The notes under the pieces: generated by a model
Databases searched by the model: none
Seen by the model: the letters and a program-made list of their open reading frames with translations, nothing else
What the model was told of the DNA's origin: nothing
In this document: piece by piece, positions 1-12,213 of the stretch
How positions within the stretch are numbered: position 1 is the first letter of the stretch
How the letters are laid out: each line of letters begins with the position of its first letter
Translations under genes and position numbers: made by a program
Origin: Carcharhinus amblyrhynchos
Lineage: Eukaryota
Direction: 5' to 3'
DNA: 64,000 nt
Assembly (NCBI GenBank): GCA_965287045.1
Contig: OZ336883.1
Coordinates: forward strand, 34,534,001 to 34,598,000

Positions 1-218
1 TGTCTGCGAGGGTTTCCTCCGAGTGCTCCGGTTTCCTCCCACAGTCTAAAGATGTGCTGGTTAGATTGACTGGCCATGCTAAAAATTGCCCTTAGTGTCC
101 TGAGATGCATAGATTAGTGGGTAAATATGTAGGGATATGGGGGCAGGGCCTGGGTGGGATTGTGGTTGGGACAGACTCGATGGGCCAAATGGCCTCTTTC
201 TGTAGATTTTCTATGATC
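1..218 (+). mobile_element. HE1-type tRNA-derived SINE (cut by the window start)
   Basis: Core gggtttcctcc...cccacagtc.aaagatgtgc.ggttag and CR1-like tail ggcctctttctg...ctatga. Confidence 0.85.
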
Positions 219-288
219 TTTTAGCAGCAGTATCCTGGGGATTTAATCTTTAATTCCTGGAGACGCCAGGAGAATCCTGGAAAGTCCT

Positions 289-626
289 GGGGCAGCATGG
301 TGGCACAATGGTTAGCATTGCTGTCTCGCAGCAGCAGGGACCCAGATTTGATTCTGGTCTTGGGTGAATGTTCATCTGGAGTTTTCTCCCCGTGTGTGCG
401 TGGGTTTCCTCCCACACTCCTAAGATGCGCAGGTTAGGTGAATTGGCCATGCTAAATTACCCTTATTGTCCAAAGATGTGTGGGTTAGGTGGACTAACCA
501 TGGAGCATGTGCGGGATTATGGGGATTGGAGGGGGGGCGGGGGTCCTGGGTAAGGTGTTTTTTCGGAGAGTCCGTGTAGACTCAAAGGGCCAAATGGCCT
601 CCTTCTGCACTGTAGGGATTCTGTGG
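289..626 (+). mobile_element. HE1-type SINE
   Basis: tRNA-like head, core and tail ggcctccttctgcactgtagggattct. Confidence 0.88.
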
Positions 627-1367
627 TTAAGTTGGGAACGGTTAGTAGTAGTTTAATAAGACCAGGCCCTCAATTTAGGAAAATAGTCATGCTGGCACCA
701 AAGCTCCATCAACTTTGCCTGTTATAGATTAGATTCAGCATTAAATAACTTGAGCAATAAAAGCTAGTAATGGGGCAGCTGGAAATGACAGCAAGATTCA
801 GCTACCAATGGTGGAGTAAAGTGGGGGTGGGTAGGGAGATGGACAATGGGCAGAGGAAAAGCGAGATTGTAAGGCTCAAGGAGTTTGGGAAGGAGCAATT
901 TAAGTACAACATGGAGAATTTTAAATTTGAGGTGCTGGAGTATTAGGGAACAATGTGGCCAAGGACTAGCCTGATGGGCTTGAGTGGCATTTATTGCCAG
1001 ATTGAGTATGGATGACAAACTTTTGGTTTTACAGAAGGGATGTTGGATGGCAGCTAGGCATTGAAGAGCTGAGTCTGGAGGTTCAGTGGAAGATGATTGA
1101 AGAAAATGGGTTGGAACCAGACAGTCTTCATGACAAAGGAGAATGAGCTGGGCGGCTCAGGATTAATTGGATATTTTAGTCGTACACAATTTATATTGAG
1201 ACAATAGCTGGAGAGGGAGTTGGGTTGTTAAAGGTTAAGAGACTCCATGGTTGAGGACAAAGACAATGTGGAGGCAAAAGGGATTTCCTGTATCACCTCT
1301 TTTAAAATAGGCCCATCGTGTATTGTACACAAATGCTGGCACTGCACCCACTGAGGCCTTGGGTTAA

Positions 1368-1680
1368 GGCAGAAGGCACAGTGGTTAGCACTGTTGCCTC
1401 ATTGCGCTGGGAACCTGGGTTCAATTCTGGCCTCGGGCCACTGTCTGTGTGGAGTTTGCACGTTCTACCTATATCTGCATGGTTTTCTTCCAGGTGCTCC
1501 AGTTTCCTCCCACAGTCCAAACATGTGTGGGTTAGGTTGATTGGCTATGCTAAATTGCCCGTTAGTGTCAGGGGAGTTAGCAGGATAAATGTGTGGGGTT
1601 GTAGGAATGGGTGGGATTGTGGTTGGTGCAGACAAGGTGGTCCAAATGGCCTCCATCTGCACTGTAGTGATTCTATGGAT
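1368..1680 (+). mobile_element. HE1-type SINE
   Basis: A box ggcacagtgg, B box ggttcaattc, core and tail. Confidence 0.88.
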
Positions 1681-1980
1681 CCTAGTACAGGGTGAAAGAT
1701 GGTAGGAAGGGGACCATGGGTCTGGGGAGGTGTCACAGGACCAGATGACAATGAGGTGCCACAGCAAGGGTTTGGGGCTGGCTTTCAGCATTCCAACCGT
1801 CAACCCCTCACCAGGTCCCTTGATCAGGCACTAAGTGGCTTTCGACAAGAGAGACTTAGGGAACCTGCAAATAAACACACCAGTGTAGGCCTTGCTGCCA
1901 CAGGCCTAACAGAGGTGGAGGCAGGATGATGGTGAAGTCACCACCCATCCACCTGACTAAATACCCCTTCCACCAAACTT

Positions 1981-2192
1981 GTGCCTGCGTGGGTTACCTC
2001 CAGGTGCTCTGATTTCCTCCCACACTCCAAACATGAGCATGTTGTGTGACTTGGCCATGCTAAATTTTGCCCTTTCGTGTCAGGATGGTTAATAAGGTAA
2101 ACGTGTGAGGATAGGGCCTGGATGGGATTGTTGTCAGTGCAAGGTCAATGGGCCAAATGGCCTCCTTCTACATTGCAGGGATTCTATGATTC
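1981..2192 (+). mobile_element. HE1-type SINE, 5'-truncated
   Basis: Core and tail only. Confidence 0.8.
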
Positions 2193-2624
2193 AATATTTG
2201 CAGCTGATAGCATCCAGAATAGCTCTATAGAAGAGAGAAAAGTGGGCCAAAGACAGGCCTGTGGGAATCTCCCACAGTAGCTGTGTGGGGATAAGAAAAG
2301 AAGCAATATAAATAAAGTAGCAAATTAAAACTGCTGTCCTATCACACACAAACTATCTAATAATTTGAATTAGACAACCTTGAATTAAAAGTCTAAATGA
2401 AAAGTAGATTTAATTTTACCGGACTGATTGAGTTGTAGTTTAACAATAGACTTGCACGTCCAATTTAAACTACAGTTATTCATTGATAAATATTCTATTC
2501 AAGCACATCTGGTTTGTTTCTTTAGTTAAAAACACTTGTTTTAAGTCAGAGTGACCATCATTTTAACATATGGCATGTTTCCAAAGTTGTAGTGAAATAC
2601 AGAATGGTGTTAATATATTCACCT

Positions 2625-2638
2625 CCACTAGGTGGTGC
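2625..2638 (+). promoter_or_regulatory. Candidate CTCF site
   Basis: CCACTAGGTGGTGC closely matches the CTCF core CCAC(C/T)AG(G/A)(G/T)GGCGC and lies in unique AT-rich DNA. Confidence 0.4.
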
Positions 2639-2863
2639 TCTGCAGCAGTAAAGCTGGAGATTTATTGCCTGAGATGAACCAGGCTGTTACCTAAACATCT
2701 CAAAAATGGTTTTCTTGAATTGTTGATGATTACGAGTTAAATAAAACAAAGCAGATCTATAAATGGAAATAGGGATTAAATTATCGCAGGTTCATATCTC
2801 TGAAACAATTCCATTTCATCTGATTTGGTAGACGCCACATTTTTAAGATTGAATTTGATAATC

Positions 2864-3048
2864 GTAGATTGCCTACAAAAGGCCACTTGGCCCATCGAGT
2901 CTGCCTCACTCTTCTAATCTCCCTAACCTACACATCTTTGGACACTAACGGGCAATTTAGCATGGCCAATCTGCCTAACCCATACATCTTTTGAAGAGTG
3001 GGAGGAAACCCGTGCAGATATGGAGAGAATGTGCAAACACCACAGACA
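2864..3048 (-). mobile_element. HE1-type SINE, partial
   Basis: Antisense core gcaatttagcatggccaatc..cctaacc. Confidence 0.78.
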
Positions 3049-3051
3049 CTT

Positions 3052-3177
3052 AAGCTGGAACTCTACCACCTCGCCCTCCATGGAATCAGAGCGGGTGAGG
3101 GTCCGACAGCGGAAATCTCTATTGACCTCGGGCGGGACTTTCAGGTCTCGGCCGAGCGAGGCCATGAAATCCCACCC
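3052..3177. mobile_element. MITE
   Basis: Shares ttgacctcgggcgggactttc and a terminal aaatcccaccc with 11536-11662. Confidence 0.62.
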
Positions 3178-4151
3178 TAAATATCCGAGCTCCAAAGTAA
3201 ACGTTGGAACAGTTTTTGAAGGAGGGTCAGAGGATTCATTGTACAATATCGTAGAAATAGCTTTCATTTTCATACCATCGTATTTCCCTGTTTCACTTCA
3301 TTTTTTTTTAGTGAGGCCACCAGAAAATACTGAAACTGATATTGACCAGAGAAAGGCTAAATGATTGTGTTATCGGGGCACTCGGAAGCTTCTCTGCCAA
3401 ATACTAAAAAGAGGGCGATAAACTGGGGCAACTTTTCATACCACTTCTCAGGACACTCAGATTAGCAAAGTGGTTTTTAACTTTTGTGCCTCGCTCTAAA
3501 TACCACTCTCAAATTGTGTAAGAAGAAGCTGTACCATGCTTGGGAGAGTACCCTCCTGACCATCTGGGGAGGGGGTGGTGTGTGGGGGTGGCCTTGATGG
3601 TCCCCCCGTGCACTCCAGCAGGGCCGCCAGCTCCATGTTAACGGGGAGCTATAGTAAACCCCGCTGGAGTGAAACCTGTCTAGCCGGGTGGGGAGACAGA
3701 CTCCAGCCAGCCTGGAAATTTCAGTCCCTGCTAATGGGATTCTAATTGTATGTAAATGAGGATTACCATAATTTATTCAGCTCCGTACCAGAAATCGGCA
3801 CGGAGTTGACGGTGCCAGAGCTCTGACTGCCAGGGGCTCGCAATGGCTGTGACACCCATTGGGGAGCCCGCGAAATGGCCTCCACTTGAGTCTCCCATCC
3901 CTGCTGTGCTCAACGCACCAAATTAACCAGCGGAGTCCAACAAACCATAAGTTCCCATTGCCAGGGCCGGATCGAGGCTTGAATCTCCACGCTGGTTCTT
4001 CCCCTGCTGAAACCCCTTCATTTGTGCTTGTGATAGGTGCCATCTCCAGAAGCCATCAAAGCGATCACAGTAATAAATAGGAAAGTAAAACCCCACCTGA
4101 TGCTTATCACAGCTGGTCCACAATACAGATGACTAACCATTGACCAAGATC

Positions 4152-4790
4152 TGGGGTGGGATTTTCCCATCCTGCTGCACTGCTTTGGTAGCACAGCAGG
4201 CCGGGGGATTCAAGCAGAGGCCATTTCGCAGGCTTCCCGCTGGGCATCACAGCCTCCACAAGTCTCCGGCAGTTGGATTTCCAGCGCTGCCATCTTTGCA
4301 CCAACTTCTGGTGCAGAGCTGAATAAATTATGGTAATCCTTATATACATTCAATTTGAATTCCATTAGCAGCCCCAGGACTGAAATCTTTGGCCCACTAA
4401 GGGACGGGGCCTAAGGGTGGCAGGGCCTAATGGATGATGGGGCCTCGGGGGGAGATTGGTGGGGGGGGTGGGATTGTGGCAGGATCCTGCCCCTACTCTG
4501 CATAGGGATCATGAGCAGAGGCAGGGAGGCCAGTGATCAGGAGGCCGATTACTGCGCATGTACCGATCCCGGCACTGACAGATCAGCCCGTGTACAGTGG
4601 CCCACTCGGCACTATGCTGCCGACCTCTCCAGCGGGAATAGGCCCCCTCCAGAGAATTTTCCTGGGATTCACGCTAATGCATTCTGTGGTGGGCAGAGTG
4701 TGGGAGATTCATTTGGAAACTCTCGCTGTAAAAAAAAAGCAGGATTTACTCCAGTTCTTATGCAGATTTGATAGTTAGAATTTTTTTCCC
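4152..4790. mobile_element. Larger non-autonomous DNA-transposon-like element
   Basis: Begins ggggtgggattttccc, the same terminus type as the MITEs. GC-rich, with an inverted partial relative at about 3560-3840. Confidence 0.5.
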
Positions 4791-4834
4791 CACTGGACTT
4801 CCAGGTTGCTCTGTGGAAATCAAATTAGGCTTCT

Positions 4835-5372
4835 AGAATCATACAATGGTTACAGCATTACAACAGAGGCCATTTGGTTGGCATTTCAGTGCTGGCTCTG
4901 TGAAAAAGAAATGAACCTACTAACCATTCCGCTACCTTTCCCCGTAACCCTGCAAAATCTTCCTTTACCGATAATGATCCAATTCCCATTTGAAAGCCTC
5001 AATTCTCCCTCCCTCTTCCACAATCACAGGCAGTGTGTTCCAGACCCTAGCTATTCGCTAAATGAATAAAATGTTCCTCCTGTCACTAATTGCTTCTTTT
5101 CCAATTATCCTAAATCTGTGCCCCCTGCTTACTTTCGCCAGTGGAAACTCTTTCTCCCTCCCTACTCCATCTAACCCCCCTCATGATTTTGAATACCTCT
5201 ACCAGATTTCTTCTCAACCTTCTCCCCTCCAAGGAAAACAATCCCAACTTCTCCAATCTTCCTATGGAACTGGAGTTCCTTGTTTCAGAAACATTCTTGT
5301 ACATCTTTACTGCACCCTTTCTAATGCAGCTGCATCCTTTCTAAAGTGTGGGGCCCAAAACTGGACACAGTA
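4835..5372 (-). mobile_element. CR1 LINE 3' fragment
   Basis: RLEKLGLFSLEGRRLRRNLVEVFKIM in ORF 5110-5304. Confidence 0.85.
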
Positions 5373-5670
5373 GCCCCGCGGAGGCTGAGGAGAATCTCAC
5401 CCCCGGTTCACGCTGTCTGTTCAGGAATGCTTTCTCCCCCCACCCCGGCTGGGATTCTCCAGTGATGCTGAAAGTGAATGGGGTTTAGGCTGGAACGCCC
5501 AATTCTCCGTTCTGACTTGCAGCGGGATGGCCATGGGTGAGATTGGAGTGTTCTACCTCCAGTGTTTTGTACAACTTTATCCTCAATTGCTTGCTTTTGT
5601 ACAGTGTGCCCCTGTTGGTAAAGCCCAGGATGCTTTATTAACCACACTCTCGCTCTTTCCAGCCGCTGCC

Positions 5671-6705
5671 TTTAATTTGATTTATTATTGTCACATGTAT
5701 TACTATTCAGTGAAAAGTATTGTTTCTTACGTACCACAGAAACCCTACAGTGCAGAAAGAGGCCATTTGGCCCACTGAGTCTGCACCAATCACAATCCCA
5801 CCTTGGCACTACCCCCTACATATTTACCTGCTAATCCCTCTAACCTACACATCTCAGGACATTTAAAGGGTAATTTTAGCATGGCCAGTCAACCTAACCT
5901 GCACAGCTTTGGACCGTGGGAGGAAACCAGAGCACCTGGAGGAAACCCACGCAGGCACAACAAGAATGTGCAAACTCCACACAGACAGTGACCCAAGCCG
6001 GGTCCCTGGAGCTGTGAAGCAGCAGTGCTAATCAATGTGCTACCGTGACGTACTATACAGGCGAAGCATACTGTTCATAGAGAAGGCAAGGAGGGGGTGC
6101 AGAATGTAGTGTTACAGTCATAACTAGGGTGTAGAGAAAGATCAACTTAATGCGAGGTAGCTCCATTCATAAGTCTAATGACAGCAGGGAAAAGAGCTGC
6201 TCTTGAGTCAATTGGTACGTGTCCTCAAACTTTTGTATCTTATTCCCGACAGAAGAAGGTGGAAGGAGTATGTGCGGGGTGCATGGGGTCCTTAATTACA
6301 CTGACAGCTTTTCCAAGGCAGCAGGAAGTGTCAATGGGTGGAAGGCTGGTTTGTGTGATGGATTGGGCTTCGTTCACAACCATTCGTAGTTTCTTGCAAT
6401 TTTGGGCGGAGTGGGAGCCACAACTGGCTGTGATACAACCGGAAAGGATGCTTTCTGTGGTGCATCTGTAAAAGTTGGGGGGAATCATAGTGGACATGCC
6501 AAATTTCCTTAGTCTTCCGAGAAAGCAGAGGCGTTGGTGGACTTTCTTAACTATGCTTTTGGCATGGGGAACTAGGACAAATTGTTAGTGATCTTTGACA
6601 CCTAAAATCTCTCAGCCATATCTACTTTGTCACCATTGATGTGGACAGGGCCATATCCTCCACTACGCTTCCTGAAGTTGATGACTATCTTCTTTGTTTT
6701 CAATT
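5671..6705 (-). mobile_element. Rex1/Babar-type LINE 3' fragment interrupted by an HE1 SINE
   Basis: NFYRCTTESILSGCITA (6240-6497). The 3' end lies at 5671-5728 and the SINE occupies 5737-6047. Confidence 0.85.
5737..6047 (-). mobile_element. HE1-type SINE inserted in the Rex/Babar fragment
   Basis: Full antisense copy with TSD acgtac(c/t)a at 5729-5736 and 6048-6055. Confidence 0.88.
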
Positions 6706-7080
6706 CCTTCAATGCACATTTACACCCAGGTCCCTGTGCTTGTCTTCACTTTTAGAATTGTAGCCTTTGTTTTATACTGTCTCTCTGCATTACACACGAT
6801 TACTCTGAAGATTTGCACCGGGCCTTTATTCACTGCAACTTTCATTGCAGTAGCACTAATGTTGCTGCTCTGATAGTTTCCTTAGACACCAGAAAGGAAT
6901 CCTGTGAATAAGAATAGACATTTTCCCCCTCAAGACATTCAAGGGTACATCTTTTAACAATGTGTTGCCAAGGCAGATGAAAATCCTGTCTTTACACTTT
7001 GCTGAGTTCCCTGCATTCCCCCTCCATCAAAAGACTATCCTGTCAGCACAGTGCTCTGGCTGCAGGGTCCCTGGATTTAA

Positions 7081-7367
7081 AGTTTATCTATTAGTGTCAC
7101 AAACAGGTTTACGTTAACACTGCAATGATATTACTGTGAAAATCCCCTAGTCGCCACATTCCAGCGCTTTTCAAGTACACTGAGGGAGAATTTAGCATGG
7201 CCAATGCATCTAACCAGTACGTTTTCTCGGACTGTGGGAGGAAAGCAGAGCATCCGCACGTGGACACAGAGAATGTCTGTGCCGAGTCTGCACAGTGACC
7301 CAAAGCCGGGAATTGAACCCAGGTCACTGGCACTGTGAGGCAACAGTGATAATCACTGCCCCATACC
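7081..7367 (-). mobile_element. HE1-head SINE with alternative (Rex/L2-like) 3' tail
   Basis: Same head and core as HE1, but it ends ggattttcacagta...cattgcagtgttaa...tgtgacactaata. Confidence 0.82.
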
Positions 7368-7811
7368 AGAATACATCAGAGCAAATTTAGACATCTACCA
7401 AACCAGAGGGAGTGGTGCCTGATGTATATCACTGTATGCAATGAATTACCCAAGGTCTATCAAAGCGTGAGTAAATTGGACTCACGTAAGTATTCCTGAA
7501 CGGAGTGCTGCCGGATTTCCTCTTGCATATTTGAGTGCTGTAACTTTTGGTACAATCAGGAAATAGCTTTTGAATTTCTGTACATACTACATCAAAGTTT
7601 ACATCCTGTCAAATGGAGATGGGATTCCTAGCTCCCCCCTCCCCCAGAGGTCCCACTAACAGCAATGAGAAAATAACACAATCATTTGTTGTTTAGTCAT
7701 TCAGTTAGTTGCATAGAGCAACTTTAGCTGTTCAGGATTTCTAGGCAGTTGATTTTAGACGTGAGGGCCCAGGCTTAGCTGTGGGAATGATGATGAGGCT
7801 AATTATTTTTA

Positions 7812-9590
7812 TTCAGGTTTGGGATGTGAGCATCCCTGACGAGGCCAGCATTTGTTGCTCGCCCTGAATTACTCTTGAGGAGGTAGTGATGAGCCACCAC
7901 CTTGAACCACTGCAGCTCATCTGGTGTAGGTACATCCGCGAAGCTGTTAGGGAAAGAGTTCCGTCACTTTGATCCAGCAGCAGTGAAGGAATGGTGATAT
8001 ATTTCCAGGATGTTGTGTGGTTTGGAAGGAAACTTGCAGTGGGCTCTGCTCCCATGCATCTGCTACCCTTGTCCTTCTAGGTGGTAGTGTTTGGCTCTGG
8101 AAGGAACCATCAAAGGCGCCTTGGTGAGTTGCTGTTGTGCATCTTGTAGATGGTGGATACTACTGGCACTGTGTGGAAGTGACGGAGGGAGTGACTGTTT
8201 AAGGTGGTGAATGGGATGTTGATCAAGTGGGTTGCTTTGTCCTGAGTGGTGTTGAGTTTCTTCAGCGTTTTTGGAGCTGCGTTTATTCAGTCGAGTGGAG
8301 AGTATTCCATCATTCCTGACTTGTGCCTTCTAAAAATTTTAAGAGGTTATTTATTAATCACTAGGCTTACATTAACACTGCAATGCAGTTACTTGGCTTT
8401 TGGATATGAGGACGTGAGTTACTCATTGCAGAATTCCCAGCCACTGACATAACCTAGACAGCTGGTCTAGTTAAATTTCTAGTCAATGGCAACCCCAGGA
8501 TGTTGAGGAGGTGGAGGAGTCAGTGATTATAATGTCATTGACTATCAAGGGAAGATGGTTATAGTCTCTCTTGTTAGAGGTAGTCATTGCCAGTGGGCCT
8601 AATGTTACTTGCCTTTTATAAGTCCAACCCTGAATGTTATCCAGCCTTTGCTGCATGCAAGCATAGAGTGTTTCAGTATCTGAGGAGTTGCAAATGGCAC
8701 TGAATATTTTTGCCATTATCAGCAAATATCCCCGGTAATGATGGAAGAGAACTTGTTGATGAAGCAGCTGAAGATGGTTGGGTTTAAGACACTACCCTGA
8801 GAAATTCCAACATTGACGTTCTGGGGCATTATAATTGACCTCTAACCATCACACCCATCTTCCTTTGTGTTGAGAATGACTCCAACCAGTGGAGAGTTTT
8901 CCCCCGATTCCTAATGAATTCCGTTTTGCTAGGACTCCTTGATGTCACACTCAGGCAAGTGTTGTCTTAATGTCCAGGGCAATAACTCTCATCTCTTGAA
9001 CTTTGCTCTTTGGTCATGTTTGGAGAAAGACTGAATTGGCCCTGACAAAACACAAATGGAGAATTGGTGAACAGCTTGTTGCTAAGTAAGTGCCACTTGA
9101 CAGGTCTGTGAAGATACTTTCAATCACTTTGTTGATGATCAAAACTAGACTGGGCAGTATTTGGCCCAGTTGGATTTGTTCTGCCTTTTGTGGGCGCGAC
9201 ATTCCTGGATAATTTTTCACATTGCCAGTGTTGTAGCTGCACTGAAACAGCTTGGCTAAGGGCACAACTAGCACTGGAACACAAGTCTTCAGTAGTACAG
9301 CTGTGATCTTTTCAAGGCCAAAAGTCTTTGCTGTATTCATAGCCATCAGCCATTTCTTGCTGTTACGTGGAGTGAATTGAATTGTTTGAAGACTGGCACC
9401 TAAAAGGGACTTGAAGAGGAGGCCAACATGGATGATCCGCTCAGTAGTTCTGGCTGAAGATGGTTACAAATGCTTTAGCCTTACCTTTTGCTCCGACACA
9501 CATTGGGCTCTCCCAGCGTTAAGGATGGGGATACTTTTGGATCCTCCTTTGCTGGTTGGGTTAACTATTATTATTCATGTACTAATTGGA
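7812..9590 (-). mobile_element. Decayed LINE, same family as 25850-28800
   Basis: VPLAKLFQCSYNTG (9014-9346), MQQRLDNIQGW..KRQVT (8483-8725) and the same 3' UTR. Confidence 0.8.
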
Positions 9591-9726
9591 TAGCAACTGC
9601 CGATGAGCACACGTGCATTTAGCAGTAGAATTAAAAATCTTGAAGTTACTGTGTGCAATGCCTCTCCATAACCTGCACGAAAGGAGAGCTTTGCCATCTG
9701 GCTCCCCATTCAAATGTATTAAGCAT

Positions 9727-9990
9727 TATTTATTTGTGTCACAAGTAGGCTTACATTAACACTGCAATGAAACCGCCACACTCTGGCATTTGTTCGGGTA
9801 CACTGAGGGGAAATTTAGCATGGCGAATGCACCTAACCAGCATGTAGGAGGAAACTGGAGCACCCGGAGGAAACCCATGCAGACACGGGGAGAACATGCA
9901 AACTCCGCACAGACAGGGACCAAGCTGGGAATTGAACCCGAGTCCTGGCGCTGTGAGGCAGCAGCGCTAACTACTCTGCCACCGTACCAC
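9727..9990 (-). mobile_element. HE1-head SINE with alternative tail
   Basis: Same structure as 7081-7367. Confidence 0.82.
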
Positions 9991-10540
9991 CCACGTAGCT
10001 TCAATACTAACTTTGTGGATAGTGACGAAACTGACTACAAAATGTTATGGTTTGATCATTATTAGTCACTGACAAGTAACTTCGTTGGTACTGAAAATGA
10101 ACTTTAACAAATGTCAAATTTTATCCCTTCAGCTGTGAACTAATATTGAAGATTTAAATTTTTTAACTTCTACTTTGTATTTCATCTCTCCCCCTTCCTT
10201 GATCCAAAAACATTCTTGCCCTCTCCTTATTTCAGTCTCTGTACTTGATTTGCTATTGACTTCACTATTCTGACAGTTCATGCATTAGACAACACTGCTC
10301 ATTAATCAGTTCCCAATCTAATTGTTTAGGTAAGTACATGGTTGCTTGCCTTGTTCACACAGATACACCACACCAGTTAGATACTCTGCTGACAACAACA
10401 TCCTGACTTGATGGGCTGAATGTGTTCCTTCTACACTGTAGAGATTCTATTTTCTATGATTCTTGCGATTAATGCCCAAGTTGACTTGAGACTTCACGGC
10501 ACAAGGTTAACTAGTTAAATATCAGAGCTGGTCTCCCTTC

Positions 10541-10883
10541 AGAAAATCCCTACAATATAGAAGGAGGCTGTTCGGCCCATCATGTCTGCAGTGAAGCTCC
10601 AAAAGAGCAGGGTACCCAGGTCCATCCCCCACCCCCTTGATCTCCATAACCCAGTGCATTTGCCACGACCAATTCTCCTAATCTACACAGTTTGGGAGAC
10701 AAAGGGGCAATTTAACATGGCCAATTCACCTAACCTGCAAATCTTTGGAGTGTGGGAAGAAACCGGAGCACCCGGAGGACATGGGGAGAACATGCAAACT
10801 CTGCACAGCCAATCACCCAAGGCCGGAATCGAACCCTGATCCCTGCGCTGTGAGGCAGCAGTGCTAACCACTGTGCCACTGTG
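10541..10883 (-). mobile_element. HE1-type SINE
   Basis: Antisense head (gcagcagtgctaaccactgtgcc), core and tail. Confidence 0.85.
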
Positions 10884-10939
10884 TTTTTGTTGAGAACACA
10901 ATTAGATCAATTTTTGTGTCAAAACTTTGTGAATGGTAA

Positions 10940-11480
10940 GGTAGCGTATAAAATGGTTAGTTAATGCAAACATTTTGGTTTGAAAGGAAAGTTAGGCAGA
11001 GGCAATATAATTGTGAGGTGTAATGTTAATGGAGGTACAGGAACAAAGAGATTCAGATGTTTACATCCACAAGACTTTGAAGGTTCAGGGGAATTGATGA
11101 GGCTGTTTTTAAAACAAATAAAAGCTTACTGGTTCTTTACTTTATACATAAAGGTACATAGGAAAGAAAGGAAATATGCTAAATCTTTATAAATCAGCAG
11201 GGATAATGAGTCCAATTCTGGGCTTCACAATTTAGGAAGGCTGGCATGACTACAGAGATTTATGCGAATGGTATCAGAGATGATGGTCCTCAGTGATGTG
11301 ATAAGAAAATGGATGCAGATGCAATAGAAACTTTCAAAAGCGAACTGGTTAAATATGTGAAGGGGGAATTTGCAGGGCTATAGGGAAAGCCCTGCCACAG
11401 GAAAAAAGCAGGGCTTTGAGACAACTAGCTCCTTCAATAGCCTTCACAGGCATCATAGGCCATGTGGCCTTCTGCTGTGC
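10940..11480 (+). mobile_element. Highly decayed CR1 3' fragment
   Basis: Remnants of EQRDLGV and VQFWASQFRK plus a CR1-type 3' UTR. Confidence 0.6.
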
Positions 11481-11535
11481 TAAATTGGTTGAATAATCCA
11501 AAAATAGTCCAAATAGTTAACAATCTAGAGTCATA

Positions 11536-11662
11536 GGGCGGAATTTGATCATCCCACCAGCCGCAGGAATCGTAGTGGGTGGAACACGGACAAAGCAAAA
11601 GTCCGTTGACCTTGCGTGGGATTTTCCGACCTTGGGATGAACGCAGCTGGAAAATTCCACCC
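11536..11662. mobile_element. MITE
   Basis: TIRs gggcggaattt / aaattccaccc. Related copies at 3052-3177 and 26028-26137. Confidence 0.7.
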
Positions 11663-11845
11663 CTGGAATTTGACAGCACAGAAAGGGGCCCTTTGGTTCC
11701 TAGTGTCCAAGCCAGCCATCAAACACCTATCTATTTTAATCTTATTTTCCAGCACTGGTCTGTAGCCTTGTATGCCATGGCATTTCAAATGTTCATCTAA
11801 ATTCTTCTAAAATATTGTGAGGATTCCTGCCACCACCATCCTGTG

Positions 11846-12156
11846 TGCAGCACGGTAGCACAGTGGTTAGCACTGCTGCTTCACAGCTCCAAGGACCTGG
11901 GTTCGATTCCCGGCTTGGGTCACTGTCGGTGTGGAGTTTGCACATTCTCCTTGTGTCTGCGTGGGTTTCCTCCCACAGTCCAAAGATGTGCAGGTTAGGT
12001 TGATTGGCCATGTTAAATTGACCATAGATGCATAGGTTAGAGAGGATTAGTGGGTAAAATATGTACGGATTGGGGGTAGGGTCTGGGTGGGATTGTGGTC
12101 AGTGCAGACTCGATGGGCCGAAGAGCCTCTTTCTGTACTGTAGGGTTTCTATGATT
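11846..12156 (+). mobile_element. HE1-type SINE nested in CR1
   Basis: A box tagcacagtgg, B box ggttcgattcc, tail ctgtagggtttctatga. catcct occurs on both flanks. Confidence 0.9.
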
Positions 12157-12213
12157 CATCCTCTCAGGCAGTGAGTTATAGATTCCTACCGCCCTCTGGA
12201 TGAAAAATCTTTT

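Noticed and set aside
11846-11920. tRNA gene (A and B boxes present)
   Set aside because: It is the tRNA-derived head of a SINE and continues into the HE1 core. No complete cloverleaf was seen.
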